Shown here: positions 48,692-57,673 of the stretch, piece after piece
How the letters are laid out: every line of letters begins with the position of its first letter
Numbering within the stretch: the stretch's first letter is position 1
From: an uncultured Phycisphaerales bacterium
Lineage (GTDB): Bacteria; Planctomycetota; Phycisphaerae; Tepidisphaerales; Tepidisphaeraceae
Reading direction: 5' to 3'
Assembly (NCBI GenBank): GCA_963758525.1
Contig: CAVWVQ010000003.1
Span: 3,584,001 to 3,648,000, forward strand
Length of the DNA stretch: 64,000 bases
Translations under genes and position numbers: made by a program
The notes under the pieces: model-generated
What the model was told of the DNA's origin: nothing
Databases searched by the model: none
What the model saw: only the letters and a program-made list of their open reading frames with translations

Positions 48692-49906
48692 ATGCAATTG
48701 CAGACCTTCAAGGCGGCAACGATGGGCGAAGCGCTGTCCCAGGTGAAAAGCGCGATGGGCTCCGAGGCAGTGATTCTGCATACGCGCACGCTGCAGACGC
48801 GGCGCTGGCTTGGGCTCCGGCGCCACGAGATGGTGGAGATCACTGCCGGGCGAGGACTGAATGTGGGCCCGCGTTCGCTCCGTCGTCCCTCGACGGAGAG
48901 CCGGGCGGCCCCCACCGGGCTCTACGCGCGTTCGGGCCGTTCCGATGTTCCGGCGCTGCGTCCCGCTGCCGGAGCCGCGTGTGCAACCGGGCTGCTCCAG
49001 ACGCCCGCCGGCGGCGCCGCGGCCATGCTCGCGATTACGCATGACATCAATGCGCTCAAGGCAATGGTCGGCGATCTCCTCAATGAAAACCGCCGGGCGG
49101 TCGCACCCCAGATCCCCGACGAGATGTTCCCTTATTTCACACAACTGCGCAATAACGAAGTCTGCGACGAGCTGGCTGGCGAGATCGTGAAAACGATCCA
49201 TCGCCAGGTCCGTCCCGAGCATTTGCAGCAGGCGGACTTCGTGAAGGACAAAATCGCCGAGCAGATTGAAAAAATGCTCCCGACATCGGGCGCCATCGTC
49301 CGACAGGCTAAGGGCCGGCCGCATGTTGTAGCGCTGATCGGGCCGACCGGCGTCGGGAAGACGACAACCGTCGCCAAGCTCGCCGCAAACCTCAAGCTTC
49401 GCGAGAAGCATCGCGTCGGCCTCATCACGCTGGATACCTACCGCATTGCCGCCGTCGATCAGCTCAAGCGCTATGCCGACATCATCGGTGCGCCCTTGCG
49501 CGTGGTTTCCGGGGTGGACGATCTTCGCGACGCCGAGCGGGCAATGTCCGATTGCGACTTCATCCTGATTGATACTGCGGGCCGCAGCCCGACAGACGCG
49601 CTCAAGCTCAGTGAGCTCAAAGGACTGCTCGCCGCGGCCGAGCCCGACGAGGTGCATCTGGTGCTGTCCACTGTCGCCAGCCCCGAGTGCCTGCACCTGG
49701 CAATCAATCGGTTCAACGACGTGCGCGTCGACCGGCTGATTTTTACCAAGCTCGATGAGGCTGCGCACATCGGCGTCGTGCTCAACGTGGTTCGCAAAGT
49801 AAATAAATCGCTCTCGTACGTCACCACCGGACAGGACGTTCCCGACGACATCGAAGTAGGCCGCGGCAGACTGCTGGCGCGGCGGATTCTGGACAACGTT
49901 CTCTGA
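48692..49906 (+). CDS. flhF: SRP-family GTPase FlhF
   Basis: GPTGVGKTTT, DTYRIAA, DTAGR, TKLDE and GQDVPDDI motifs. Confidence 0.96.
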   Translation: MQLQTFKAATMGEALSQVKSAMGSEAVILHTRTLQTRRWLGLRRHEMVEITAGRGLNVGPRSLRRPSTESRAAPTGLYARSGRSDVPALRPAAGAACATGLLQTPAGGAAAMLAITHDINALKAMVGDLLNENRRAVAPQIPDEMFPYFTQLRNNEVCDELAGEIVKTIHRQVRPEHLQQADFVKDKIAEQIEKMLPTSGAIVRQAKGRPHVVALIGPTGVGKTTTVAKLAANLKLREKHRVGLITLDTYRIAAVDQLKRYADIIGAPLRVVSGVDDLRDAERAMSDCDFILIDTAGRSPTDALKLSELKGLLAAAEPDEVHLVLSTVASPECLHLAINRFNDVRVDRLIFTKLDEAAHIGVVLNVVRKVNKSLSYVTTGQDVPDDIEVGRGRLLARRILDNVL

Positions 49907-49933
49907 AGATGAAATTTGTGCAGAGGTACGCTT

Positions 49934-50788
49934 ATGACTGTTCTCATTGATCAGGCCACATCCTTGCGAACGCTGGTTCGCGAGCGACGCCGTGCAACTG
50001 TCGTCGCCATCACCAGCGGCAAAGGTGGCGTCGGCAAGAGCAATATCGCCGTGAATCTTGCCATTCAGCTTGCCGGCGCCGGAAAGAGCGTTGTGCTGCT
50101 CGACGCCGACCTCGGGCTTGCCAACGCCGACGTGCTCTGCAATATCGATCTTCCCTACAACCTGTCCCACGTGATTGCCCGCAAGCGAGAACTGTCTGAT
50201 GTGATGGTCAAAGCCCCAGGCGGCTTCGAGCTGATCGGCGGAGCTTCCGGCCTGGCACGCATGGCCGACCTCAGCGATCACGATCGCCAGCGGCTCATTT
50301 CCGCCCTGGCCGAGCTGGAGGAGCGGGCCGACATCATTCTGATCGACACCGGGGCGGGCATCAGCCCCAACGTGCTCTCGTTTACGCGTGCCGCGGATGA
50401 AGTGCTGGTGGTGACCACTCCCGAGCCGACCGCGATTACCGACGCCTACGCGGTCGTCAAGGTCATTACCCGCGAGCAGAGCCAGCGCAGAATCAGCCTG
50501 CTGGTGAATCAGGTGCGCAGCGCCGCCGAGGCAAGCGTCGTCCACGACCGGATTGCGAAAGTCGCCAGACAGTTTCTCGGCGTCAGCGTGCTCGATGCCG
50601 GATTTGTGATGGCAGACGATCAAGTGCCCGCCGCCGTCCGCAGACGCACGCCGTTCGTCATCGCCTCGCCGAAATCGCCCGCGAGCCAGTGCATCGCGCA
50701 GCTTGCCATCCGGCTTCAGCAAGGCGTTGCGATGAACGTCGCCAACGGCGGGTTCTTTAACCGCATGAGCAAGTGGTTCAGGCGGTGA
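49934..50788 (+). CDS. flhG: MinD-like ATPase FlhG/FleN
   Basis: DQATSLR, SGKGGVGKS, DADLGLAN and PEPTAITDAY motifs. Confidence 0.94.
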   Translation: MTVLIDQATSLRTLVRERRRATVVAITSGKGGVGKSNIAVNLAIQLAGAGKSVVLLDADLGLANADVLCNIDLPYNLSHVIARKRELSDVMVKAPGGFELIGGASGLARMADLSDHDRQRLISALAELEERADIILIDTGAGISPNVLSFTRAADEVLVVTTPEPTAITDAYAVVKVITREQSQRRISLLVNQVRSAAEASVVHDRIAKVARQFLGVSVLDAGFVMADDQVPAAVRRRTPFVIASPKSPASQCIAQLAIRLQQGVAMNVANGGFFNRMSKWFRR

Positions 50789-50845
50789 AAATGCGAACAA
50801 ACCTTGACAGCGGAGATAACGTCCTCGGCGCGGCCCGGGCTCATG

Positions 50846-51011
50846 CCACGAAGGCACGAAGGCACGGAGGCACGAAGGCACGAAGGGAAGGAAGCAGAAT
50901 TTTTGTACGAAGATCCGGATTTCTCTCCACAAAAATCTTACTTCCTTCCCTTCGTGCCTCCGTGCCTTCGTGCCTTCGTGCCTTGGCTTCCACAAGGTGC
51001 CTTCGTGCCTT
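50846..51011. repeat. Octamer foldback array (GGCACGAA)n ... (TTCGTGCC)n
   Basis: Same units and layout as 15536-15657. Confidence 0.88.
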
Positions 51012-51059
51012 GGTCCTGCACCTCCGTGCCAAATCATTCTTCACTTGCGAGGCATGTTG

Positions 51060-51296
51060 ATGCCTAAACGTCTAGCCGCCGCGATGGCTTTGCTCGCGTT
51101 TGCCGCGTGCCTGATTTCGGGCATGCGGGCGCAGAACACGTTCGACACGACGGTCGTACGTGCTCTGGAAGCGTTGATCGTCACGCTGGTCATCGGGCTG
51201 ATCGTCGGGGCGATGGCGCAAAAAATGCTGGATGAAAATGCCGATTCGGCAAAAAAGTCGGAAATTGCGGCGAAACCAACAAAAGAAGACCGATAA
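51060..51296 (+). CDS. Small two-TM hypothetical membrane protein
   Basis: MPKRLAAAMALLAFAACLISG...ALEALIVTLVIGLIVGAMA; GAGG SD; lies between flhG and fliA. Confidence 0.7.
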   Translation: MPKRLAAAMALLAFAACLISGMRAQNTFDTTVVRALEALIVTLVIGLIVGAMAQKMLDENADSAKKSEIAAKPTKEDR

Positions 51297-51431
51297 CGGA
51301 CTGTGGGACAAAAAACATTTCAGCGTGGATCGCGCCGCGGCATTGTATTTCGCGAACTGGGCCGTAGAAATATCGTGAACGCGGGTCAACCCGCGCACGA
51401 ACCAAGAACCCCCAACGGATTGGGAGCCATC

Positions 51432-52220
51432 ATGGCAAAGACTGCCAAACGGGATATCAAGGAAGTCTGGATTGAGTATCGGAAATCCAAGACCGAAGCG
51501 TTGCGAAACATTCTGATGGAGAATTATCTCCATCTGGTGCGCTACAACGCCGAACGAATTCACGTCAAACTGCCTGACGAAGTCGAACTAGACGATCTCA
51601 TGTCGGCCGGAATCTTCGGCCTGATGGATGCGATCGCGGCGTTTGACCTGGATCGGGGCGTTAAGTTTGAAACCTATTGCGCCCCGCGTATTCGCGGCGC
51701 CATCCTCGACGAGTTGCGTTCGATGGACTGGGTGCCGCGGCTCGTCCGGTCCCGCGCTCACAAGCTCGACAACGCGAGCAAGCAGCTCGAAGTCGAATTG
51801 GGCCGCGCGCCCTCCAACGACGAGATTGCCAGGCGCCTGAAGGTTCCGATGGCCGAGTTCGAGAAGATGGCCAAGGACGCCAGCGCCGTCGGACTCGTCT
51901 CGCTGTCGCGCAAGTGGTTTGAAACCGACAGCAACAAGGACGTGCGCGAGATCGACGTGCTGGAAGACAAGCGCGGCGCGGATCCCGTTCGCGAGATCCA
52001 GCGCAAGGATCTCAAGGAGCTGATCACCAAGGGCCTCAGCCGCGCCGAACGGCTCATCATCATTCTCTACTATTTTGAAGAGATGACGATGAAGGAGATT
52101 GGCGCCACGCTCGATCTCTCCGAGTCGCGCGTCAGCCAGATGCACAGCTCGATTCTCGCCCGCCTCAAGGCCCAGATGGCCGACCGGCGCAAGGAATTCC
52201 AGCAGGCAACCGCCGTCTGA
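51432..52220 (+). CDS. fliA: FliA/WhiG (sigma28) RNA polymerase sigma factor
   Basis: DDLMSAGIFGL, RIRGAILDELRSMDWVPR and EIGATLDLSESRVSQMH motifs. Confidence 0.96.
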   Translation: MAKTAKRDIKEVWIEYRKSKTEALRNILMENYLHLVRYNAERIHVKLPDEVELDDLMSAGIFGLMDAIAAFDLDRGVKFETYCAPRIRGAILDELRSMDWVPRLVRSRAHKLDNASKQLEVELGRAPSNDEIARRLKVPMAEFEKMAKDASAVGLVSLSRKWFETDSNKDVREIDVLEDKRGADPVREIQRKDLKELITKGLSRAERLIIILYYFEEMTMKEIGATLDLSESRVSQMHSSILARLKAQMADRRKEFQQATAV

Positions 52221-52221
52221 C

Positions 52222-52390
52222 GTACCACGGGTTTCCAACCCGTGCGAGCTGCATGGCAGTCGAACCAATCGGGTTCTTGGACTTTTGCGCCGCCTGCGCG
52301 GCATGGGAACCCGTGGGAGTTGCATGGCAGTCGAATCAAACGGGTCCTTGGACTCTTACGTCCCCTGCACGGGTTGGAAACCCGTGTTAC
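52222..52390. repeat. REP-like element, family B, with an internally duplicated spacer
   Basis: Terminal GTACCACGGGTTTCCAACCCGTG / CACGGGTTGGAAACCCGTGTTAC; TGCATGGCAGTCGAA...CTTGGACT occurs twice. Confidence 0.88.
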
Positions 52391-54282
52391 GAAGATAATG
52401 CCTGGTGATACTCATTCATCAGCGCCCGGCGGCTGATCAGTCCCACGACCCTTCCGGGCTGTCCTTTTAAACAGACGGGAAGTCTTCCCACTTCAAATTT
52501 CGAGAACGTCTCCATCACACTCGCCAGGTCGTCGGTGATCTGCACGCAGGGGAGTTCCGCCCGGACGAGATCGCGCACCAGCAGCAGCGGTATGGCATCG
52601 CGCTGCAGCAGCGTTGTCTGAATATCCCCGGCGATCACCATTCCCGCATAGTCGCCATCCTTGTCGGTGACAACGAAATCGGTCGCCCCGGTCGAATCCT
52701 CCAGCTCGACGAGCCGCTCAAACGGGGATGAGATCGAAACCGCCGTTACTGGCTCCAACGGAACCTGCTCGACGATGAGCCGGCGCAAAATCGACAGGTC
52801 GCTTCCCGACCCGACGCGCACACCGCGCTGGCGAAGGGTGAGCGTGTAGACGGAGTCGGGAAAGATCAGCCGGGCCGTGCCTGTCGCGGCAATGGTCGCG
52901 AGCATCGCCGGGAGAATGATGTTGTGACGGTCGGTCACTTCGACCAGGATCAGAATTGACGCCAGAGGCGCATGGACGACCGCCGCCAGCACCGCACCCA
53001 TTCCGATCAGCGCATACAAGGATGGAGAAACGTCCGCGGCGATGTGAAGATGCTCGAGCAGCACGCCAACCAGTGCGCCAGCCGTTCCTCCCAAAAACAG
53101 GGAAGGCGCGATGACTCCGCCGCTGCCTCCGCTGGCGAGCGTCAGGCAGCTTCCGACGATCTTCGCCAGGCACAGAAACGTCAGCAGCAGGACCAGTTGC
53201 CAGAAGTGAGCCTGAAATGGCACGTAGAAATCCGGCACGAAGAGCTGCTGCACCGCCCCATATCCGTCGCCATAGAACGCCGGCATCGGATAGTGCCTGA
53301 AATCGATCGGCTTGGCGGAGCCCAGGAAGTACCAGCCGAAAACCATCACGTACACGACGCCGATGATTCCCAGCGCCGCGCCGCCGGCGGCGGGCCGCAG
53401 CGCCCGATGGATGGGCCGGCGATGGAAAAATGCGTCCATTCCGTACATCAGCCTGGTCAGCGCGACGCCCGTCAGGCCGCAGATCACGCCGAGCACCAGA
53501 AAGTTTGGAATGCTCCCCCAGCCCAGAAGAGAGATATCGTCCGCCAGCTTTGATGGCACCTGGAAAATGGCTGCATTGCTCAGCGGACTCAGATGGTGCA
53601 GATGCACGAGCAACGCGCGGGCCGTCACGTTGGAGATCACGCTCGCCAGCACGACCGGGGCGAACGCGCTGATTGAAAAATCGAGCAGGATGATTTCGAG
53701 CGTGAAGAGCACGCCGCCGATTGGCGCATCGAAGATCGCGCTGATGCCCGCCGCGCATCCGCAGCCGATCAGCACCGGAAACTGAGGCCGCGCCACCTGA
53801 AACAGCAGTCCAACGCCCGACGCGATTGCCGCTCCGATCTGGACGATCGGCCCTTCGGCGCCGGCAGATCCTCCGCTGCCGATCGTGATGGCGCTGGTCA
53901 GAATCTTTTCGATCGCGGAGCCGGGTTTGATGACGCCGTTATTCCGCATGACCGATTCCATCACGTCAACAACGCCATGTCCCTCCCGGCTCCTGGAGAT
54001 GTAGACGACGATCACGCCGACGAGCAGTCCGCCCAGCGCGGGAAACAGGATGAGCAGCGGAATCCCTCTGCCATACAGGAATTCGGGAGTGAAGTGGCGA
54101 TAGAGCAGATCGCGCAGCAGGTTGATTAATTCGTGGAAGCCGACCGCCGCTGCCCCAGTCACGATGCCCACAATCAGCGCCAGCGGCAGCAGAATTGAAT
54201 TTTCCCCCAGACCCAGGCGCACCATGGCACGCGTCATCAGCAGACGAAACCGAAGGCCAACCGCGGGAATCACTGCGGGCAT
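52387..54282 (-). CDS. ClC chloride channel/antiporter with CBS domains (start may be 54237)
   Basis: GHGV, GGSAGAEGP and GGSGGVIAP signature motifs, many TM helices, C-terminal CBS pair. Confidence 0.93.
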   Translation of the reverse strand: MPAVIPAVGLRFRLLMTRAMVRLGLGENSILLPLALIVGIVTGAAAVGFHELINLLRDLLYRHFTPEFLYGRGIPLLILFPALGGLLVGVIVVYISRSREGHGVVDVMESVMRNNGVIKPGSAIEKILTSAITIGSGGSAGAEGPIVQIGAAIASGVGLLFQVARPQFPVLIGCGCAAGISAIFDAPIGGVLFTLEIILLDFSISAFAPVVLASVISNVTARALLVHLHHLSPLSNAAIFQVPSKLADDISLLGWGSIPNFLVLGVICGLTGVALTRLMYGMDAFFHRRPIHRALRPAAGGAALGIIGVVYVMVFGWYFLGSAKPIDFRHYPMPAFYGDGYGAVQQLFVPDFYVPFQAHFWQLVLLLTFLCLAKIVGSCLTLASGGSGGVIAPSLFLGGTAGALVGVLLEHLHIAADVSPSLYALIGMGAVLAAVVHAPLASILILVEVTDRHNIILPAMLATIAATGTARLIFPDSVYTLTLRQRGVRVGSGSDLSILRRLIVEQVPLEPVTAVSISSPFERLVELEDSTGATDFVVTDKDGDYAGMVIAGDIQTTLLQRDAIPLLLVRDLVRAELPCVQITDDLASVMETFSKFEVGRLPVCLKGQPGRVVGLISRRALMNEYHQALSS

Positions 54283-54302
54283 GGCGGGAGGATAAGGGAA
54301 AG

Positions 54303-54541
54303 GGTTCAGGGTGTCAGGGTCTAGGAGGGTTCAGGGTTCAGGGTTCAGGGTTCAAGGTTCAGGGTTCAGGGTTCAGGGTTCAGGGTTCAGGGTTCAGGGT
54401 TCAGGGTTCAGGGTTCAGGGTTCAGGGTTCAAGGTTCAAGGTTCAAGGTTCAAGGTTCAAAGGACAGGGCATCCCGTCCTGAACCCTGAACCCTGACACC
54501 CTGAACCTGACACACCCTGAACCCTCCTGGACCCTGAACCC
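54303..54541. repeat. Heptamer tandem array (RGGTTCA)x19 plus an inverted CCTGAAC arm
   Basis: 19 consecutive units at 54327-54459; complementary units at 54478-54541. Confidence 0.95.
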
Positions 54542-54594
54542 TTCTGAAGCTCCTTCGGTTTGACTCCGCCGTACACCACGATTAGCGTGAACGC

Positions 54595-55713
54595 GTGCCC
54601 GCATCGGCAAAAAAAGTGATTGTTGCGATGAGCGGCGGAGTCGATAGCTCCGTCGCGGCGGCGTTGCTGCGCCAACAGGGGTACGACGTGATTGGCGTCT
54701 TCATGCGGCTCGGATCGCCCAAAGGCGTCGAGCAGGCTGAAACCTGTGACACCGGCACCGAGAAGTCGAACAAGCAGGGGTGCTGCTCCGTGCTCGACGC
54801 CGACGATGCGCGGCGCGTGGCTGCGGCGCTGGATATTCCTTTCTATGTTCTCAATTTCGAGGAGGATTTCGGCCGGGTCATCGATTATTTCGTCGACGAA
54901 TACAATCGCGGCCGCACGCCCAATCCCTGTGTGCGGTGCAACGACTGGCTGAAGTTCGGCAAGCTCTTTCAATACGCCCAGGCGGTTGGCGCGGATTTCG
55001 TCGCCAGCGGACATTATGCGCGCATCGGCTCCATCAACTGCCGACCCCGTCTGCTGCGCGGTCTCGATACGCGCAAGGACCAGAGTTATGTCCTGTTTGG
55101 GATGCGACGCGAGGCGATCGCGCACACGCTGCTGCCGATTGGGGAATTCGAAAAACATGACGTGCGCGCAATCGCTCGGGAAATGAATCTCCCCGTCTAC
55201 AACAAGCCGGATTCGCAGGAGATTTGTTTCGTTCCGAATCAGGATTACGCCGGACTGGTGCGCCGTCGGACGCCACAGCGCTTTCGCGAAGGACAGTTCG
55301 TGACCACCGCCGGCAAGGTCGTTGGCCAGCATGAGGGGCACCAGCAGTTCACCATCGGGCAGCGCAAGGGGCTGGGCGTGGCGCTCGGATATCCCGTATA
55401 CGTCGTGGATATCGATCCCGCCGCGAACCGGGTGACACTGGGAGGCTCTGAATCGCTGGTGCACCGATCGCTGGTGGCCGGGCAATTGAATTTGCACGAT
55501 GAGCGCCTGGGGGCCGGCGAGACGGTCTCCTGCACCGCGAAGATTCGCTATGGTCATCTGCCGCAGCCAGCGACGGCGACGCTGCGAGGCGCGGACGAGT
55601 TATTCGTCCGGTTCGAACAACCGCAAAGCGCCATCACGCCGGGGCAGGCCGTTGTGTTGTATGACGGCGATATGGTGCTCGGCGGCGGGTGGATCGATTC
55701 GAGCAGCGACTGA
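54595..55713 (+). CDS. mnmA: tRNA-specific 2-thiouridylase
   Basis: AMSGGVDSS, TPNPCVRCN, KDQSY, DSQEICF, TIGQRKGL and TPGQ motifs. Confidence 0.97.
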   Translation: MPASAKKVIVAMSGGVDSSVAAALLRQQGYDVIGVFMRLGSPKGVEQAETCDTGTEKSNKQGCCSVLDADDARRVAAALDIPFYVLNFEEDFGRVIDYFVDEYNRGRTPNPCVRCNDWLKFGKLFQYAQAVGADFVASGHYARIGSINCRPRLLRGLDTRKDQSYVLFGMRREAIAHTLLPIGEFEKHDVRAIAREMNLPVYNKPDSQEICFVPNQDYAGLVRRRTPQRFREGQFVTTAGKVVGQHEGHQQFTIGQRKGLGVALGYPVYVVDIDPAANRVTLGGSESLVHRSLVAGQLNLHDERLGAGETVSCTAKIRYGHLPQPATATLRGADELFVRFEQPQSAITPGQAVVLYDGDMVLGGGWIDSSSD

Positions 55714-55823
55714 CGCTTGCTGAATGAAGGTGCGCGAGCACGCGCCCAGGCCGGAACAACGCTCCCATCCGGGCGGCCGATGCGTGGTATTTGGAGGGCG
55801 CGAGACCGCGCAGGTTTTTCAGC

Positions 55824-56744
55824 ATGCTTCGTCGTAACGTCCTCATCTTTCATTCCGGCGCGCTGGGAGATTTCATCGTGACCTGGCCGCTGGCGTTGGC
55901 GCTGGCCCGACTCTTCCCGCAAAGCCGAATTTATTACGTCGCCGCGAGTCAGAAAGGCGCTTTGGCGGAGCGCGTTCTGCGACTGGAATCCGCCGACGCC
56001 GAATCGGGATGGCATGCGCTCTTTTCCCAGACGCCGGCGCTGCCCGAACCGGCGATGAAGCTTCTCACCAACGCGCACACCGTCCTGAGTTTCATTGCCG
56101 CGCCGCACGACCGTTGGACGGAAAATGTGCGATCGCTGGCTCCCGGCGCCAATCTGATCTGCGTCAACACGATCGTCCCGGCAAATTTCACCGGCCACGT
56201 CACCGACTGGCTCGTCGAGCAGTGGGGTGGCTGGGCCGCGGGACAGGCCGCCGCCAGCCAGATCCTCCAATCGCTCGCATCGCGCGCACTCCCGCTGGCG
56301 CGCACCGGACGGAACATCATCCTGATCCATCCAGGCGCAGGCTCGGAAGCCAAGTGCTGGCCTGCGGCTCATTTTCTGGCGCTGGCGCGTCGGCTCGCCG
56401 GGGACGGTCGCCGCGTCCGACTTCTGCTGGGTGAAGCCGAGATCGAACGCTGGCCGGCCGACCGCGTCGCGGAGTTTCAGGCTGTTTGCGACGTCGTGCG
56501 CCCCGCGAGCTACGTCGAGCTGTTGAACCACCTTGCCGACGCCGCAACTTTCGTGGGCAACGACAGCGGCCCCGGCCATCTCGCGGGCATCGTCGGCATT
56601 CGCGCCATTTCGCTCTTCGCCGGAACCGATCCCAACCGCTGGAAGCCCCTGGGACCGGATGTGCACGTACTTCCCGGCGTGCCGGATCAATTGTCAGTCG
56701 ATACCGTCTGTGAAGCCGTGCTCGCGACCCATCGAGGATCGTAA
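55824..56744 (+). CDS. Glycosyltransferase family 9 (heptosyltransferase-like)
   Basis: GALGDF, IHPGAG..AKCWP and FVGNDSGPGHLA motifs. Confidence 0.88.
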   Translation: MLRRNVLIFHSGALGDFIVTWPLALALARLFPQSRIYYVAASQKGALAERVLRLESADAESGWHALFSQTPALPEPAMKLLTNAHTVLSFIAAPHDRWTENVRSLAPGANLICVNTIVPANFTGHVTDWLVEQWGGWAAGQAAASQILQSLASRALPLARTGRNIILIHPGAGSEAKCWPAAHFLALARRLAGDGRRVRLLLGEAEIERWPADRVAEFQAVCDVVRPASYVELLNHLADAATFVGNDSGPGHLAGIVGIRAISLFAGTDPNRWKPLGPDVHVLPGVPDQLSVDTVCEAVLATHRGS

Positions 56745-56892
56745 ACTGTGCGATCAATGCTCCTCAGCGGAAGCGTTTTCACAGCAAATCGCAGACAGCG
56801 CCGGTGTCCCTCGCACCCGTCAGACTTCCCCATCACAAATTCCCTGTGACAGGCTGCAACTTTAAATCGCGGCAATTGTGGATCGTGCGTTC

Positions 56893-57569
56893 GTAGGGCG
56901 GGATTCATCCCGCCGTTCCTCGGCCGGGCCGACAAATCGGCGGGATGAATCCCGCCCTACTCGGAGCTGATCGCCACTTTCGAGCGCCATACTCAGTGAC
57001 ATTCCTCGCGGCACTTTCCCGTGGCACGGGCGTCCCGCCCGTGTTAGCGACGTGGGAGTCAGAAGATCTTGGTTATCGATGGTTTCCGACTCGCAGCGCA
57101 GTTTGTAGGGCGGGATTCATCCCGCCGTTCCTCGGCTGGGCCGACAAATCGGCGGGATGAATCCCGCCCTACTCGGAGCTGATCGCCACTTCCGAGCGCC
57201 ACACTCAGTGACATTCCGCGCGGCACTTTCCCGTGGCACGGGCTTCCAGCGCGTCCCGCCCGTGTTAGCGACGCGGGAGTGAGAAGATCTTGGCATCGAT
57301 GGTTTCCGACGCTCAGCGCAGTTTGTAGTTTGTAGGGCGGGATTCATCCCGCCGTTCCTCGGCTGGGCCACCAATCGGCGGGATGAATCCCGCCCTACTC
57401 GGAGCTGATCGCCACTTCCGAGCGTCACACTCTGTGACATTCCGCGCGGCACTTTCCCGTGGCACGGGCGTCCCGCCCGTGTTAGCGACGCGGGAGTCAG
57501 AAGATCTTGGTATCGATGGTTTCTTACGCTCAGCGCAGCTAACACGGGCAAGATGCCCGTGCCACGGGG
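56893..57569. repeat. Tandem mosaic REP array: three ~212-227-bp units (family C doublet plus family A half)
   Basis: Units start at 56893, 57105 and 57332 with near-identical spacers; closed by a final family A arm. Confidence 0.95.
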
Positions 57570-57673
57570 AAGACGAACTTCCGAGGTCGACTCGTGCGGA
57601 AAATGCGCCGCAACTGGATATAATTTCCCGCGGTGTCCATGCGATCATCGAACGTTGAAACGGCGCCGGAGCA

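Noticed and set aside
48671..51037. Long antisense ORFs (788 aa here; also 3003-4460, 16701-18047, 27147-28622)
   Set aside because: These are shadow frames of well-supported genes in GC-rich DNA.
54195..54496. ORFs with VQGSGFR repeats, and similar ORFs across the octamer arrays
   Set aside because: These are translations of tandem DNA repeats, not credible proteins.
54595..55713. Functional link between mnmA and the tRNA-Lys(UUU)/rtcB locus
   Set aside because: They are 38 kb apart with unrelated genes in between; probably coincidental.
56893..57569. CRISPR array
   Set aside because: Units are >200 bp with near-identical spacers, the repeats are REP palindromes found elsewhere in the window, and there are no cas genes.
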